The position numbers were made by a program, and so were the translations under genes. DNA of 64,000 bases from Minisyncoccota bacterium (GTDB lineage Bacteria; Patescibacteriota; Minisyncoccia; Phycocordibacterales; UBA9973): assembly GCA_041663185.1 (NCBI GenBank), contig JBAZQY010000002.1, positions 74,629-138,628 on the forward strand. The letters are read 5' to 3'. The notes beneath the pieces were generated by a model. The model ran no database searches and was not told where the DNA came from. It saw nothing but the letters and a program-made list of their open reading frames with translations. Shown piece after piece: positions 1 to 9,913 of the stretch (positions within the stretch are counted from its first letter, which is position 1; every line of letters starts with the position of its first letter).

Positions 1-1
1 T

Positions 2-379
2 GGTATTGGACTTGGCAGATTAATGGGAACGATTGTCGAATCGCTTTCTGATGACAAGGGAATTATTTGGCCAGAATCAGTTGCCCCATTTAAAGTTCAC
101 TTGCTCCTTTTGGGTGATGATGATAAAACCAAAAAAGAAGCCGATAAACTTTATGAGGAATTATTGTCGAAAAGTATAGAAGTTTTATACGACGATCGCA
201 CTGATGTGAGTGCTGGAGAGAAGTTTGCTGATTCAGATCTGATTGGTATTCCATTCCGAGTTGTTGTATCAAAGCGTAGTCTAGAGGATCATGGTTTTGA
301 AATTAAGAAGCGTACAGAAGAGAAAGGTAAGATTGTTGGGAGTGAGGAGTTATTTAATTTGCTAGAAACTAGTCACTAG
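2..379 (+). CDS. proS: Prolyl-tRNA synthetase, C-terminal part (5' end outside window)
   Basis: Frame open from base 2: GIGLGRLMGTIVE..DDKGIIWPESVAPF (class II motif 3), then anticodon-binding domain YDDR..GEKFADSDLIGIPFRVVV. Confidence 0.9.
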   Translation, partial: GIGLGRLMGTIVESLSDDKGIIWPESVAPFKVHLLLLGDDDKTKKEADKLYEELLSKSIEVLYDDRTDVSAGEKFADSDLIGIPFRVVVSKRSLEDHGFEIKKRTEEKGKIVGSEELFNLLETSH

Positions 380-394
380 AACCTAATTTAAAAA

Positions 395-1441
395 ATGTTT
401 AAAAAATTTTACAAAATGTTTTCAAATGATATAGGGATCGATTTAGGGACAGCCAACACGCTGGTTTATTTGAAGGGACACGGAATAGTAATTAATGAGC
501 CATCAGTAGTTGTTGTAAATCAGAAAACAAGACAAATTGTTGCTGTTGGAGCAGAAGCCAAGCAAATGCTTGGTCGAACTCCGGGGCACATCAAAGCAGT
601 TCGGCCGGTTGTTGACGGGGTGATTTCAGATTTTGAAGTTACCGAAGAAATGCTTACTTATCTAATAAATAAAACAGAAAAAATTTCTAAGAAATTTATT
701 CGTCCTCGTGTTGTTGTTGGTGTACCGACGGGGATTACAAATGTGGAGATTAGAGCGGTGGAAGATGCGGCTCATTCGGCTGGGGCTCGCGAAGTTTATA
801 TTGTTGAAGAGCCAATGTCTGCGGCAATCGGAATTCGTTTACCGATTCATGAAGCCGTCGGTTCGATTATTGTCGATATGGGCGGTGGCACGACCGACGT
901 AGCTGTCATATCTTTATCTGGAGTTGTTCGTTCTAAGAATTTAAAAATTGCTGGTGATCTTCTCAACACGAACATAATGAATTACATGAAAGATGAATTT
1001 AAACTTTTAATTGGAGAAAGGACTGCCGAGAATATAAAGATTGCTATTGGAAGTGTGATAGAAGGAGAGCCAATGGAGGCAGAAGTCAGAGGCCGAGATC
1101 TTGTCACAGGATTACCTCGCCAAGTAATAGTGACTGATTCAGATATTCGCGAAGCGATTATGCCCTCTGTTTATAGTTTGGTAGATGGGATTAAAGAAGT
1201 TCTCGAGACTACTCCACCTGAGCTTCTTTCTGATATTATTCACCGAGGGTTAGTTCTTTCAGGGGGAGGGGCTTTACTTCGAGGCCTTGATGTAATGTTG
1301 CAAAATATACTCAAGATACCTATATACGTAGCCGAAGACCCCTTGACTGCGGTTGCTCGGGGGACGGGAATTATTCTTGAAGAATTTGACACCTTTAAGG
1401 ACGTTTTATTAAACACCGATGACACATCAGTTCCGAGATAA
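395..1441 (+). CDS. mreB: Rod shape-determining protein MreB
   Basis: DIGIDLGTANT, EEPMSAAIG, DMGGGTTDVAV, GGGALL actin-fold motifs; followed by mreC. Confidence 0.97.
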   Translation: MFKKFYKMFSNDIGIDLGTANTLVYLKGHGIVINEPSVVVVNQKTRQIVAVGAEAKQMLGRTPGHIKAVRPVVDGVISDFEVTEEMLTYLINKTEKISKKFIRPRVVVGVPTGITNVEIRAVEDAAHSAGAREVYIVEEPMSAAIGIRLPIHEAVGSIIVDMGGGTTDVAVISLSGVVRSKNLKIAGDLLNTNIMNYMKDEFKLLIGERTAENIKIAIGSVIEGEPMEAEVRGRDLVTGLPRQVIVTDSDIREAIMPSVYSLVDGIKEVLETTPPELLSDIIHRGLVLSGGGALLRGLDVMLQNILKIPIYVAEDPLTAVARGTGIILEEFDTFKDVLLNTDDTSVPR

Positions 1442-2216
1442 AAAACAAATAGAAAGAAAGAAGAAAATTATTCGAAACGTAATTGGTTTTGGTGTGTTTT
1501 TTGTTTTGGCAATCACCGGTGTTCTTTCTTGGTCCGGACATATTTTTAATTTTGTTGGTCGTCCAGTCTGGGAAGCGGAAAAATCTACCACATCTTTTTT
1601 TTATAATATAAATTATTTATTCAGAACAAAAGCGTCCATCACCAAGGAGAATCACAATCTAATAGAAGAGAATATGTGGATCAGATTATCAATGGCAGAT
1701 TATCAAGTATTAAAAAACGATTTGGATGAATTAAAAAAAGTAATGGGGCGTATTCCTGATGTAGAGAATTTTATACTCGGGAACATTCTAACTAAACCAA
1801 ATCATTCACCATACGATACTTTGATTATAGATATTGGCGGTAGTAATGATATTAGAGAAGGGAATAGTGTTTATGCGAATGGTAACATTCCAATTGGTAA
1901 TATTAGTAAAGTCTATGACAAAACTTCTTTAGTTTCTCTATATACAAATCCCGGGCAAAAAACGGAAGGATTTATAGATGGGACAAATGCCAGTGTGGAA
2001 TTAACTGGTCGTGGGGGTGGAAATTTTGAGATGATTATCCCAATTGAGTTAATCGTTGAGAAGGGAACGATTGTTTACTTACCAAGTAGTACTTCATTGG
2101 TTATTGCACAAGTAGATGAAGTCATATCAAAACCCTCTGACCCATTTAAAAAAGTTATTCTTAGTTCACCGGTCAATGTCCAAAATCTTAAGTGGGTGCA
2201 AGTAAAAAAAGATTAA
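1419..2216 (+). CDS. mreC: Rod shape-determining protein MreC
   Basis: N-terminal TM helix, coiled coil, IIDIGG beta-barrel region; overlaps mreB end. Confidence 0.85.
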   Translation: MTHQFRDKKQIERKKKIIRNVIGFGVFFVLAITGVLSWSGHIFNFVGRPVWEAEKSTTSFFYNINYLFRTKASITKENHNLIEENMWIRLSMADYQVLKNDLDELKKVMGRIPDVENFILGNILTKPNHSPYDTLIIDIGGSNDIREGNSVYANGNIPIGNISKVYDKTSLVSLYTNPGQKTEGFIDGTNASVELTGRGGGNFEMIIPIELIVEKGTIVYLPSSTSLVIAQVDEVISKPSDPFKKVILSSPVNVQNLKWVQVKKD

Positions 2217-3387
2217 TGAAGTCAATTAATTTTATAATAGAAAAAAAAATAGCCGGTGCGCTGGGGCGTGTCGGAAAACTTGAAACTCCACACGGGACGA
2301 TTTTGACTCCTTCTTTTGTGGTTGTTGGAACTAAGGCGACAGTTAAGGCTCTTAGCCCTGAGCAAGTCAAAGATGCTGGGGCACAAGTTGTCCTTGCGAA
2401 TACTTATCATTTGTATTTACAACCTGGCGATGAACTTATTCGCGATGCTGGTGGGCTTCATAAATTTATGAACTGGAATGGTCCAACCATGACTGATTCG
2501 GGCGGCTTTCAAGTTTTTTCACTGGGTGTAGCTTATGGAAAAGAATTATCAAAAGTTGTTTCAATTACAGATCCAAGTTTGCTTATCCCAGAGCGCTCAA
2601 GTATTGAGGACGGAGTTCCACGGCTTGCAACAATTGGGAATGATGGAGTTTCTTTTCGCTCGCACATTGACGGGTCCCTCCATTATATTACTCCCGAGAA
2701 ATCAATTGAAATTCAGCACAATCTCGGAGCGGATATTATTTTTGCTTTTGATGAATGCACAAGTCCAACAGAAAATGAAAGATACCAAGAAGAAGCACTT
2801 TCTCGAACACACGCTTGGGCGAAAAGGAGTTTGGAAAAACATTTGGAGTTAGAGGAAGCGAGGCAGAAAAATTAAGAAAAAAATCTGCCGAAGTGATTGG
2901 TGGGATGGATTTTGATGGTTTTGGTATTGGTGGATCTTTTGCAAAGGAGGATATGTCGACGGCAGTAAAATGGGTAAATGAAATTTTGCCAGAAGAAAAA
3001 CCTCGTCACTTACTTGGAATAGGGGAGCCGGAAGATTTATTTATGGGAGTGGAGAATGGTGTAGATCTTTTTGATTGTGTTGGCCCAACTCGAATTGCGC
3101 GAAATGGAACTTTATTTACGAAAAATGGAAAAATAAATATTACTAATGCGAAATTTGTAAATGATTTCAATCCAATTGATGAAGGTTGTAATTGCTATAC
3201 ATGCAGTAATTATACAAAAAGTTATCTCGCTCATCTTTTTAGAGCTAAAGAGATGCTCGGTGCAACATTAGCTTCAATTCATAATGTATATTTCATCAAT
3301 AAATTGGTTAGTGATATGCGCCAAGCAATTCTCGAAGACAAATTTTTTGAATTCAAAAAAGAGTTTCTAGCGGGTTATTTAAAATAG
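2216..3387 (+). pseudogene. tgt: tRNA-guanine transglycosylase, split by a frameshift/deletion near 2870
   Basis: N-half ETPHG..GTKATVK..LANTYHL..MTDSGGFQVFSL..FDECT stops at TAA 2873-2875. C-half GFGIGG..PRHLLGIG..DLFDCV..CNCYTC..HN is in another frame. The conserved FGIVQGG segment is absent from both frames. Confidence 0.85.
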
Positions 3388-3438
3388 ATATATTTTAATT
3401 TGTCACAAAAGACAAAATGGTAGTATAATAGTTTTTCT

Positions 3439-5634
3439 ATGTCCAATAACATATTCAAGCTTAAAAGTAATTTTTCTCCAGCCGGTGATCAGCCGAAGGC
3501 AGTTTCCGAGTTGCTAAATGGTCTTAAAAAGGGAATGAATAAACAGACATTACTTGGTGCTACGGGGACAGGGAAGACTTTTACTATTGCCAATGTAATT
3601 GAAAAATGGAATAAACCAACTTTAGTGATTGCTCACAACAAGACGCTAGCAGCACAGCTTGCTCAGGAATTTCGAGAGTTTTTCCCTGACTCGGCTGTTC
3701 ATTACTTTGTCTCGTATTATGATTATTATCAACCTGAGGCCTACATGCCAGTGACTGATACTTATATTGAAAAGGACGCTCAAATAAATAAAGAAATTGA
3801 CCGACTTCGTCACGCTACCACCCAATCGTTACTTACACGACGCGATGTGATTATTGTGGCTTCGGTGTCGTGTATTTACGGTCTGGGTAGTCCAGAAGAA
3901 TATGAAAAAGTAAATCTGAAACTAAATGTTGGAATGAAAATTGGTAGGACAGAATTAATGAAGCAATTAATCGGAATTCATTTTGAGAGAACCAATGCCG
4001 ATATAACACCAGGAACTTTTCGTTCAATTGGAGCGAAGGTAGAAGTTATGCCGATCTCGGAAACTTTTATTTATCAAATCGAATTTGAAGGAGGAGCAAT
4101 TTCAAGAATTGCGAAAGTTGATCCAGTTTCTTCACACATAATTAAAGAAGAAAAAAACATTTTTCTATTTCCCGCCAAGCATTTTATTACAAATTCTGAG
4201 CAATTAAAGATAGCGGTAAAAAATATTAAAGATGAACTTAATTTTCAGCTTAAAAAATTTGAGAAAGAAGGGAAACTTCTCGAAGCTGAAAGAATAAAAA
4301 GAAGAACGAATTATGACTTAGCGATGATCAGAGAAATTGGATATTGCAATGGAATAGAAAATTATTCAAGACAGATGTCCGGGAAAAAAGAAGGGGAAGC
4401 TCCAGAAACCTTACTTGCGTATTTTAAGGGTGATTTTCTGACAATTATAGATGAATCTCACGTGACCCTCCCTCAAATTGGTGGAATGTATGCGGGGGAT
4501 GCTTCGCGGAAAAATACGCTTGTGGAATTTGGTTTTCGACTGCCGTCAGCAAAAGATAATCGACCGTTAAAGATTAATGAGTTTGAAGAAAGAACTGGAC
4601 AAACTATTTATGTCTCTGCAACTCCAAGTGAAAAAGAAAAATCAATGAGTGCCCAAATCGTCGAGCAGATAATTCGCCCAACCGGACTTATTGACCCAGA
4701 AGTTATTGTCAGACCCGTTAGTGCGTTTACAAGAGAATCTTCTGAAAAAAATCGCTTATCCCTCTCCGCTCCTTCGGAGCTCCGGCGCGCCCACACCTAC
4801 GATTTTTTGTCAGAAGATTCTCTCTCCAACGCCTACCCTGGCCAAATTCAAGATTTTATTATTGAAGCGGAAAAAACAATCAAAAAAGGTTTTCGAGTTA
4901 TTGCCACAACTTTGACCAAGAAAATGGCCGAAGATTTATCTGTTTATTTAAAAGAGAAGGGAATAAAAGCAGAGTATTTACATAGTGAAATTAAAACTAT
5001 CGAGCGCATTCAAATTCTTACCCAATTTAGAAAAGGAGAAATCGATATTCTAGTCGGAGTGAATTTGCTTCGTGAGGGTTTGGATTTGCCAGAACTCGCA
5101 CTCATTGGTATTTTAGATGCCGATAAGGCTGGATTTTTACGCTCTGAAACATCTCTTATCCAGACTATCGGACGAGCGGCAAGAAATGTGGAGGGGAAAG
5201 TTATTTTGTATGCTGATGTAATGAATGATGCACTTGAAAACGCAATCGGGGAAACAAATCGTCGTCGTAATATCCAGATAGCTCATAATAAAAAACACAA
5301 CATTACTCCAAAAACAATTATAAAAAGAATTAAAGATATTACTGAAGAGCTAGAAGACAAACATGAAAAGGCGGTGAATTTAGAGCTTGGTTTAGACGTA
5401 GAGATATTCAAAAAAGCTTTTGAAAAAAATAAAAGTAATCGCGGAAAGGGGGAGCGGGAGTCAGTTAAGAATTTACTACTTTCAGATGAAGATAGGAATA
5501 AGGTTGTCTATGAGAAAATAATTAAAATGAAAGAGAGGGAAATGAATAAAGCCGTCCGAGAACTGGACTTCGAAACAGCGGCAATTTTGCGTGATGAGAT
5601 AATAGTGCTAAAAGAGAAAATGGAGGTTAAGTAG
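3439..5634 (+). CDS. uvrB: Excinuclease ABC subunit B, with an in-frame family-B insert
   Basis: GATGTGKT, YYDYYQPEAY beta-hairpin, DESH, LLREGLDLPE, QTIGRAARN, C-terminal UVR motif DFETAAILRD. Confidence 0.98.
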   Translation: MSNNIFKLKSNFSPAGDQPKAVSELLNGLKKGMNKQTLLGATGTGKTFTIANVIEKWNKPTLVIAHNKTLAAQLAQEFREFFPDSAVHYFVSYYDYYQPEAYMPVTDTYIEKDAQINKEIDRLRHATTQSLLTRRDVIIVASVSCIYGLGSPEEYEKVNLKLNVGMKIGRTELMKQLIGIHFERTNADITPGTFRSIGAKVEVMPISETFIYQIEFEGGAISRIAKVDPVSSHIIKEEKNIFLFPAKHFITNSEQLKIAVKNIKDELNFQLKKFEKEGKLLEAERIKRRTNYDLAMIREIGYCNGIENYSRQMSGKKEGEAPETLLAYFKGDFLTIIDESHVTLPQIGGMYAGDASRKNTLVEFGFRLPSAKDNRPLKINEFEERTGQTIYVSATPSEKEKSMSAQIVEQIIRPTGLIDPEVIVRPVSAFTRESSEKNRLSLSAPSELRRAHTYDFLSEDSLSNAYPGQIQDFIIEAEKTIKKGFRVIATTLTKKMAEDLSVYLKEKGIKAEYLHSEIKTIERIQILTQFRKGEIDILVGVNLLREGLDLPELALIGILDADKAGFLRSETSLIQTIGRAARNVEGKVILYADVMNDALENAIGETNRRRNIQIAHNKKHNITPKTIIKRIKDITEELEDKHEKAVNLELGLDVEIFKKAFEKNKSNRGKGERESVKNLLLSDEDRNKVVYEKIIKMKEREMNKAVRELDFETAAILRDEIIVLKEKMEVK
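4732..4823 (+). repeat. Hairpin element family B, in-frame in uvrB (RESSEKNRLSLSAPSELRRAHTYDFLSEDSL)
   Basis: Arms 4732-4754 / 4800-4823 complementary with one bulge; 45-nt core cttatccct...gcccacaccta shared with copies at 50411, 11212, 54976. Confidence 0.93.
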
Positions 5635-5654
5635 AAAGGTGATATACTTAAAGG

Positions 5655-6476
5655 ATGAAAAAGAACTTAATTTTAGTTATATTTTTAATAATAATTTTAA
5701 TAATTATTGGATTTATTTTTAAAAATTCGAATACCAAGAAGGGTACTTCTGAGACAGAAAAACCGTTAATCTTAAACGAGGGGTTAATTGTAGCCGATTC
5801 ATACGAGACGAAAACCATGAATCTTGACGATCCATATTCAACATTTGATGTAAAGTATCCGTATTTTAAAAATGCTGATGTTAGTTTCAATGCTAATGTA
5901 GAGACATTTGTAAAAAATAAAATGGATGAGCATGTAAAAAATAGTGCGGATAGTTGGCAGGCTCGATATAACACACAAGTGAGGGGTGATAATATTCCAA
6001 AAGTTCCCGCAACCACAGATGATAAATTTTCTTTCATTTCCGATTTCACTATTATTCAAAGTAATTCATCATATATAAGCTTCGTTTTAAACTATGGGGG
6101 CTTTAGTGGAGGAGCTCACGGATATGAAAATAAAGTTTCTTTTAGTTATGATGTGAAAAATAAAAAAGTAATTGAACTGGAAGATTTGTTTACTAATAAT
6201 CCCGATTATTTAACTTATCTCTCCGAGCAATCGCGTGAAATTCTCAAAAAAGAATTTGCAACAGTCAGTGAGGAGGACAGAAAAAATTCAGACCCCGAAG
6301 CGATTAAAGAATATGTTGATAACATAGTTTCGATGATCCAAGAAGGAACTGAACCGAAAGCAGAAAACTTTAGTGTTTTCACTTTCACGCCAGAAAAAAT
6401 AAAAATCTATTTTGCCCAATACCAAGTCGGGCCGTATGTTATCGGAATGCCAACAGTAGAAGTGGATAGGGAATAA
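5655..6476 (+). CDS. Membrane-anchored DUF3298/RsiV-like protein
   Basis: N-terminal TM; GGAHG motif, SYDVK..IELEDLF, F..YQVGPYVIGMP C-terminal motif. Confidence 0.75.
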   Translation: MKKNLILVIFLIIILIIIGFIFKNSNTKKGTSETEKPLILNEGLIVADSYETKTMNLDDPYSTFDVKYPYFKNADVSFNANVETFVKNKMDEHVKNSADSWQARYNTQVRGDNIPKVPATTDDKFSFISDFTIIQSNSSYISFVLNYGGFSGGAHGYENKVSFSYDVKNKKVIELEDLFTNNPDYLTYLSEQSREILKKEFATVSEEDRKNSDPEAIKEYVDNIVSMIQEGTEPKAENFSVFTFTPEKIKIYFAQYQVGPYVIGMPTVEVDRE

Positions 6477-6661
6477 AAAAAGCGGGGGTAAAAAATACCC
6501 CCACTCAATGCTTACCAGACAGTATTCTGTGTTTGACCCATCTCTTCACGTCTGAAAAAATGAACGAATTAATGTTTTTCAACAAACCTTCCGCCCGGTT
6601 CTATCAAACCAGTATCTGAGCTATATAAATGTAGATTACTAATTTATTATATTTTTGTCAA
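6475..6661 (-). other. Orphan promoter-terminator unit (putative ~150-nt sRNA or emptied cassette)
   Basis: TTGACA (6661-6656)-N17-TAATCT; hairpin gggggta/taccccc 6484-6502 followed by a U-run on the minus strand; only a 9-codon ATG ORF inside. Confidence 0.5.
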
Positions 6662-6754
6662 ATATAATATTTATGCTACAATTGGACTAGTTAAATATTG
6701 GTGTACCCCCTCATAGAACAAATGTGGGGCTTATAGCGTTATATAAAAAGACTT

Positions 6755-6820
6755 GTCCCGTTAGAAATTTACGAGCTCAAGTTATAAGATAAATTTAATA
6801 ATTAAAATTTCTAATGGGAT
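6755..6820. repeat. Inverted-repeat element overlapping the uvrA start codon
   Basis: gtcccgttagaaattt (6755-6770) / aaatttctaatgggat (6805-6820); uvrA ATG begins at 6819. Confidence 0.75.
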
Positions 6821-9611
6821 GAAAAAAAACGAAGAAGGAAAAATAATAATAAAAGGGGCGCGGACACATAACTTGAAGAATATTAGCGTCGAGATGCCTC
6901 GGAATAAGATGGTTGTTATTACAGGTATGTCAGGAAGTGGAAAGAGCTCGCTTGCTTTTGATACTATTTTTGCTGAAGGCCAACGTCGGTATGTTGAGTC
7001 GCTTTCAGCGTATGCCAGGCAATTTTTAAACCAAATGCCAAAGCCAGATGTCGATGAGATAACAGGTCTTTCGCCGGCAATTTCGATTGACCAGAAATCT
7101 CGTTCGAACAATCCACGCTCGACAGTGGCGACGATTACAGAGATATATGATTATCTTCGAGTTTTATATTCTCGCATTGGACATCCGCATTGTCCGCTTT
7201 GTGGGGATGAAATAAAAAAACTTTCGAACGAAGAGATAATAAATTTTGCCTTGGATAAAATAAAAGAATTTCAAAAAAGTTCAAAAAAGAAAAAAGTTCT
7301 TGGTGTGGAATGGGACGAAACACCAATTTCTATTTTATCTCCAGTTGTTCGTGGCCGAAAAGGTGAATACTATCAGCTTCTGTATGATTTACTTGGCAAA
7401 GGCTTTACAGAAGTTCGCATGGATGGAAATATTAAAAAGTTGCGCGAGCGAATAGATATATCAAAAACAAAAACACACAACATTGAGGTTATAGTGGATT
7501 CTTTTCAAATCCATGAATTTAAAGATAATCCGAGCGATGCTCGAATGCGACTATCTGAAGCGGTGGAGAGAGCAATAATTGAGTCTGAGGGATTGGTTGT
7601 AATTGCTTTTGGGGATATAACTTTGCAGAAACACGCAAATTCTCCGCGCTTAACCCTAAAGGGCTCCGACACGACGGAGAATTTGCGTGTTTCTGCTCCG
7701 CTCCCTAATTATGAAGAATTTTTATTATCGTCAAAATTCTCTTGTCCACGAGATGGATTTGCGTTCCCGGAAATTGAACCACGACTTTTTTCTTTTAATT
7801 CTCCATACGGAGCTTGTCCGACATGTAATGGACTTGGGACAAAATATTTCGGTGGAACGGAAATATGTGATGATTGTCATGGTGCTCGACTAAGAGTTGA
7901 AGCCCTTAATGTGTTTATTGGGGAAAAAGTGAAGCAGGAACATAAAAATTCTTCCCGCTTAACCCTAAAGGGCTCCCTGCCCGACAGTGTCAGTCATAGG
8001 CAGGCGGGCGACACGGATAAGAATTTTCATATTCCTGCTTCGCTTAATATCGTTGACCTCACGCATTTATCGATAGACAAAGTTGCGGACTTTTTTATTG
8101 AACTTGAATTAAATGAACAAGAAAAAGAAATTTCAAATGTAGTGATTAAGGAAATTGAATCGCGTCTTCAGTTTTTATTGAACGTTGGTTTAAATTATTT
8201 ATCATTGGATAGAAAAGCCAATACTTTATCAGGTGGAGAAGCCCAACGTATTCGCCTCGCCAGCCAGCTGGGCTCACGATTAGTTGGAGCACTGTATGTT
8301 CTTGATGAACCGACGATTGGTCTGCACCAACGTGACAATGATAAATTAATTAAAACACTTGAAAATTTGCGTGATATTGGAAATACAATTATTGTTGTTG
8401 AGCACGATGAAGATACAATTTATTCATCGGATTATATCATCGATATTGGGCCAAAAGCCGGAGTCCACGGTGGGGAAGTTATTGTTGCTGATTATTTAGA
8501 CAAACTTCTAAGTGCTCCGACAAACTCTTCAAAATCAAGAACTTTGGCATATTTGCGTAATGAAGAAAGAATTGAAATCCCAGAGAAAAGACGTACGGGT
8601 GAAAAAGGTTCGATCAAAGTTGTTGGGGCAAAAGTTTTTAATATAAAAAACATGAATGTGGAAATTCCGCTCGGCAAGATGGTTACGATTACTGGAGTTT
8701 CTGGGTCTGGTAAAAGTTCTCTGATGTATGAAGTCCTCCATAAAAATCTACAGGCGCGTTATGAACGTAAATACAGAACAGCAACAGTGTTTAACTGCGC
8801 GTCTTTTTCAGGGACAGAATACTTGTCACGAGTAATTTTGATTGATCAATCACCAATCGGACGAACACCACGTTCAAATATTTCTACTTATACTGGCTCG
8901 TTTACTTTTATTCGTGATCTTTTTGCTAGCACCGAAGAAGCTCGTCTTCGGGGTTGGAAGGCCAATAGATTTTCTTTCAATGTAAAAGGGGGTCGTTGTG
9001 AGGCCTGTGAAGGTAACGGTGAGATAGCGGTAGAAATGCATTTCCTACCAACCGTCTATGTGACTTGTGATGTTTGTAATGGTAAAAGATTTGATAAAGA
9101 AACATTAACCATAAAATATAAAAAGAAAAATATTTACGATGTCCTCCAGATGACCGTCGAAGAAGGGTTGAAATTTTTTGAAGATATTCCAAATGTTTAT
9201 GACCGAGTTAAAACCTTAATGGATGTCGGGCTTGGATATGTGAAGCTCGGCCAATCAGCCACAACTCTTTCTGGTGGGGAAGCGCAAAGGGTAAAAATTT
9301 CTTCGGAGCTTTATCGCCCTTATTTGGAGAAAACAATTTATTTACTCGATGAGCCGACTGTCGGGCTTCATTATGATGATGTGGTAAAACTACTTGAGGT
9401 TTTGAATAAGTTAGTAAACAAAGGCAATTCTGTTGTTCTTATTGAACACAATATGGATATTATCAAAAATTCAGATTATATTATTGATGTAGGTCCTGAG
9501 GGAGGACTCGGTGGTGGTAATTTAGTGGCTAAGGGAACGCCAGAAGAAGTGGCCAACAATCCAGCTTCTCATACTGGTAAATATTTGAAAAAAGTGTTGA
9601 GGAGAAAATAA
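6819..9611 (+). CDS. uvrA: Excinuclease ABC subunit A, with two in-frame family-A inserts
   Basis: GARTHNLKNI, two Walker A motifs (GSGKSS), two LSGGEAQR signatures, LDEPTIGLH, Zn-finger CxxC motifs. Confidence 0.98.
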   Translation: MKKNEEGKIIIKGARTHNLKNISVEMPRNKMVVITGMSGSGKSSLAFDTIFAEGQRRYVESLSAYARQFLNQMPKPDVDEITGLSPAISIDQKSRSNNPRSTVATITEIYDYLRVLYSRIGHPHCPLCGDEIKKLSNEEIINFALDKIKEFQKSSKKKKVLGVEWDETPISILSPVVRGRKGEYYQLLYDLLGKGFTEVRMDGNIKKLRERIDISKTKTHNIEVIVDSFQIHEFKDNPSDARMRLSEAVERAIIESEGLVVIAFGDITLQKHANSPRLTLKGSDTTENLRVSAPLPNYEEFLLSSKFSCPRDGFAFPEIEPRLFSFNSPYGACPTCNGLGTKYFGGTEICDDCHGARLRVEALNVFIGEKVKQEHKNSSRLTLKGSLPDSVSHRQAGDTDKNFHIPASLNIVDLTHLSIDKVADFFIELELNEQEKEISNVVIKEIESRLQFLLNVGLNYLSLDRKANTLSGGEAQRIRLASQLGSRLVGALYVLDEPTIGLHQRDNDKLIKTLENLRDIGNTIIVVEHDEDTIYSSDYIIDIGPKAGVHGGEVIVADYLDKLLSAPTNSSKSRTLAYLRNEERIEIPEKRRTGEKGSIKVVGAKVFNIKNMNVEIPLGKMVTITGVSGSGKSSLMYEVLHKNLQARYERKYRTATVFNCASFSGTEYLSRVILIDQSPIGRTPRSNISTYTGSFTFIRDLFASTEEARLRGWKANRFSFNVKGGRCEACEGNGEIAVEMHFLPTVYVTCDVCNGKRFDKETLTIKYKKKNIYDVLQMTVEEGLKFFEDIPNVYDRVKTLMDVGLGYVKLGQSATTLSGGEAQRVKISSELYRPYLEKTIYLLDEPTVGLHYDDVVKLLEVLNKLVNKGNSVVLIEHNMDIIKNSDYIIDVGPEGGLGGGNLVAKGTPEEVANNPASHTGKYLKKVLRRK
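7625..7696 (+). repeat. Hairpin element family A, in-frame in uvrA (QKHANSPRLTLKGSDTTENLRVSA)
   Basis: Perfect 22-bp arms around the 28-nt core cgcttaaccctaaagggctccgacacga; 72 nt total. Confidence 0.95.
7931..8041 (+). repeat. Hairpin element family A with a nested 33-nt insert, in-frame in uvrA
   Basis: 23-bp arms with 2 mismatches; core interrupted at 7977-8009 by ctgcccgacagtgtcagtcataggcaggcgggc; 111 nt total. Confidence 0.93.
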
Positions 9612-9653
9612 AAAAGGGACAGACGCTGTCCCTTAAAAAGATATTGGTTTTAT

Positions 9654-9872
9654 TTACCAATAATAGTCCATAAACTTGTAGAAGTATCTAAAAATTAAGA
9701 GTCCACCAAGAAAGCTCAGTCCTAAGGTTAAAAACAAAGGATTAAAAGGAGTTGAGTTTTCTATCCATTTTGTTATGTTTTCATTATAGCCAAGAGCAAT
9801 AATTCCAGTTTTAATCATAACAGCTGCTCCTAATACAATCATCGACAGGTAAAAAATAATTTTTTTGTTCAT
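9654..9872 (-). CDS. Small two-TM hypothetical protein between uvrA and uvrC
   Basis: MNKKIIFYL.. with two hydrophobic segments; terminator-like hairpin aagggacag/ctgtccctt at 9614-9634 downstream. Confidence 0.55.
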   Translation of the reverse strand: MNKKIIFYLSMIVLGAAVMIKTGIIALGYNENITKWIENSTPFNPLFLTLGLSFLGGLLIFRYFYKFMDYYW

Positions 9873-9913
9873 GATGTTGTTTTTTAGTTTCTTAAATGAT
9901 AACATAAAAAGAT

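Noticed and set aside
2520-2625. Extra segment in tgt (GVAYGKELSK..EDGVPRL) as another hairpin element
   Set aside because: No long inverted arms or A/B/C core visible; probably a lineage-specific loop.
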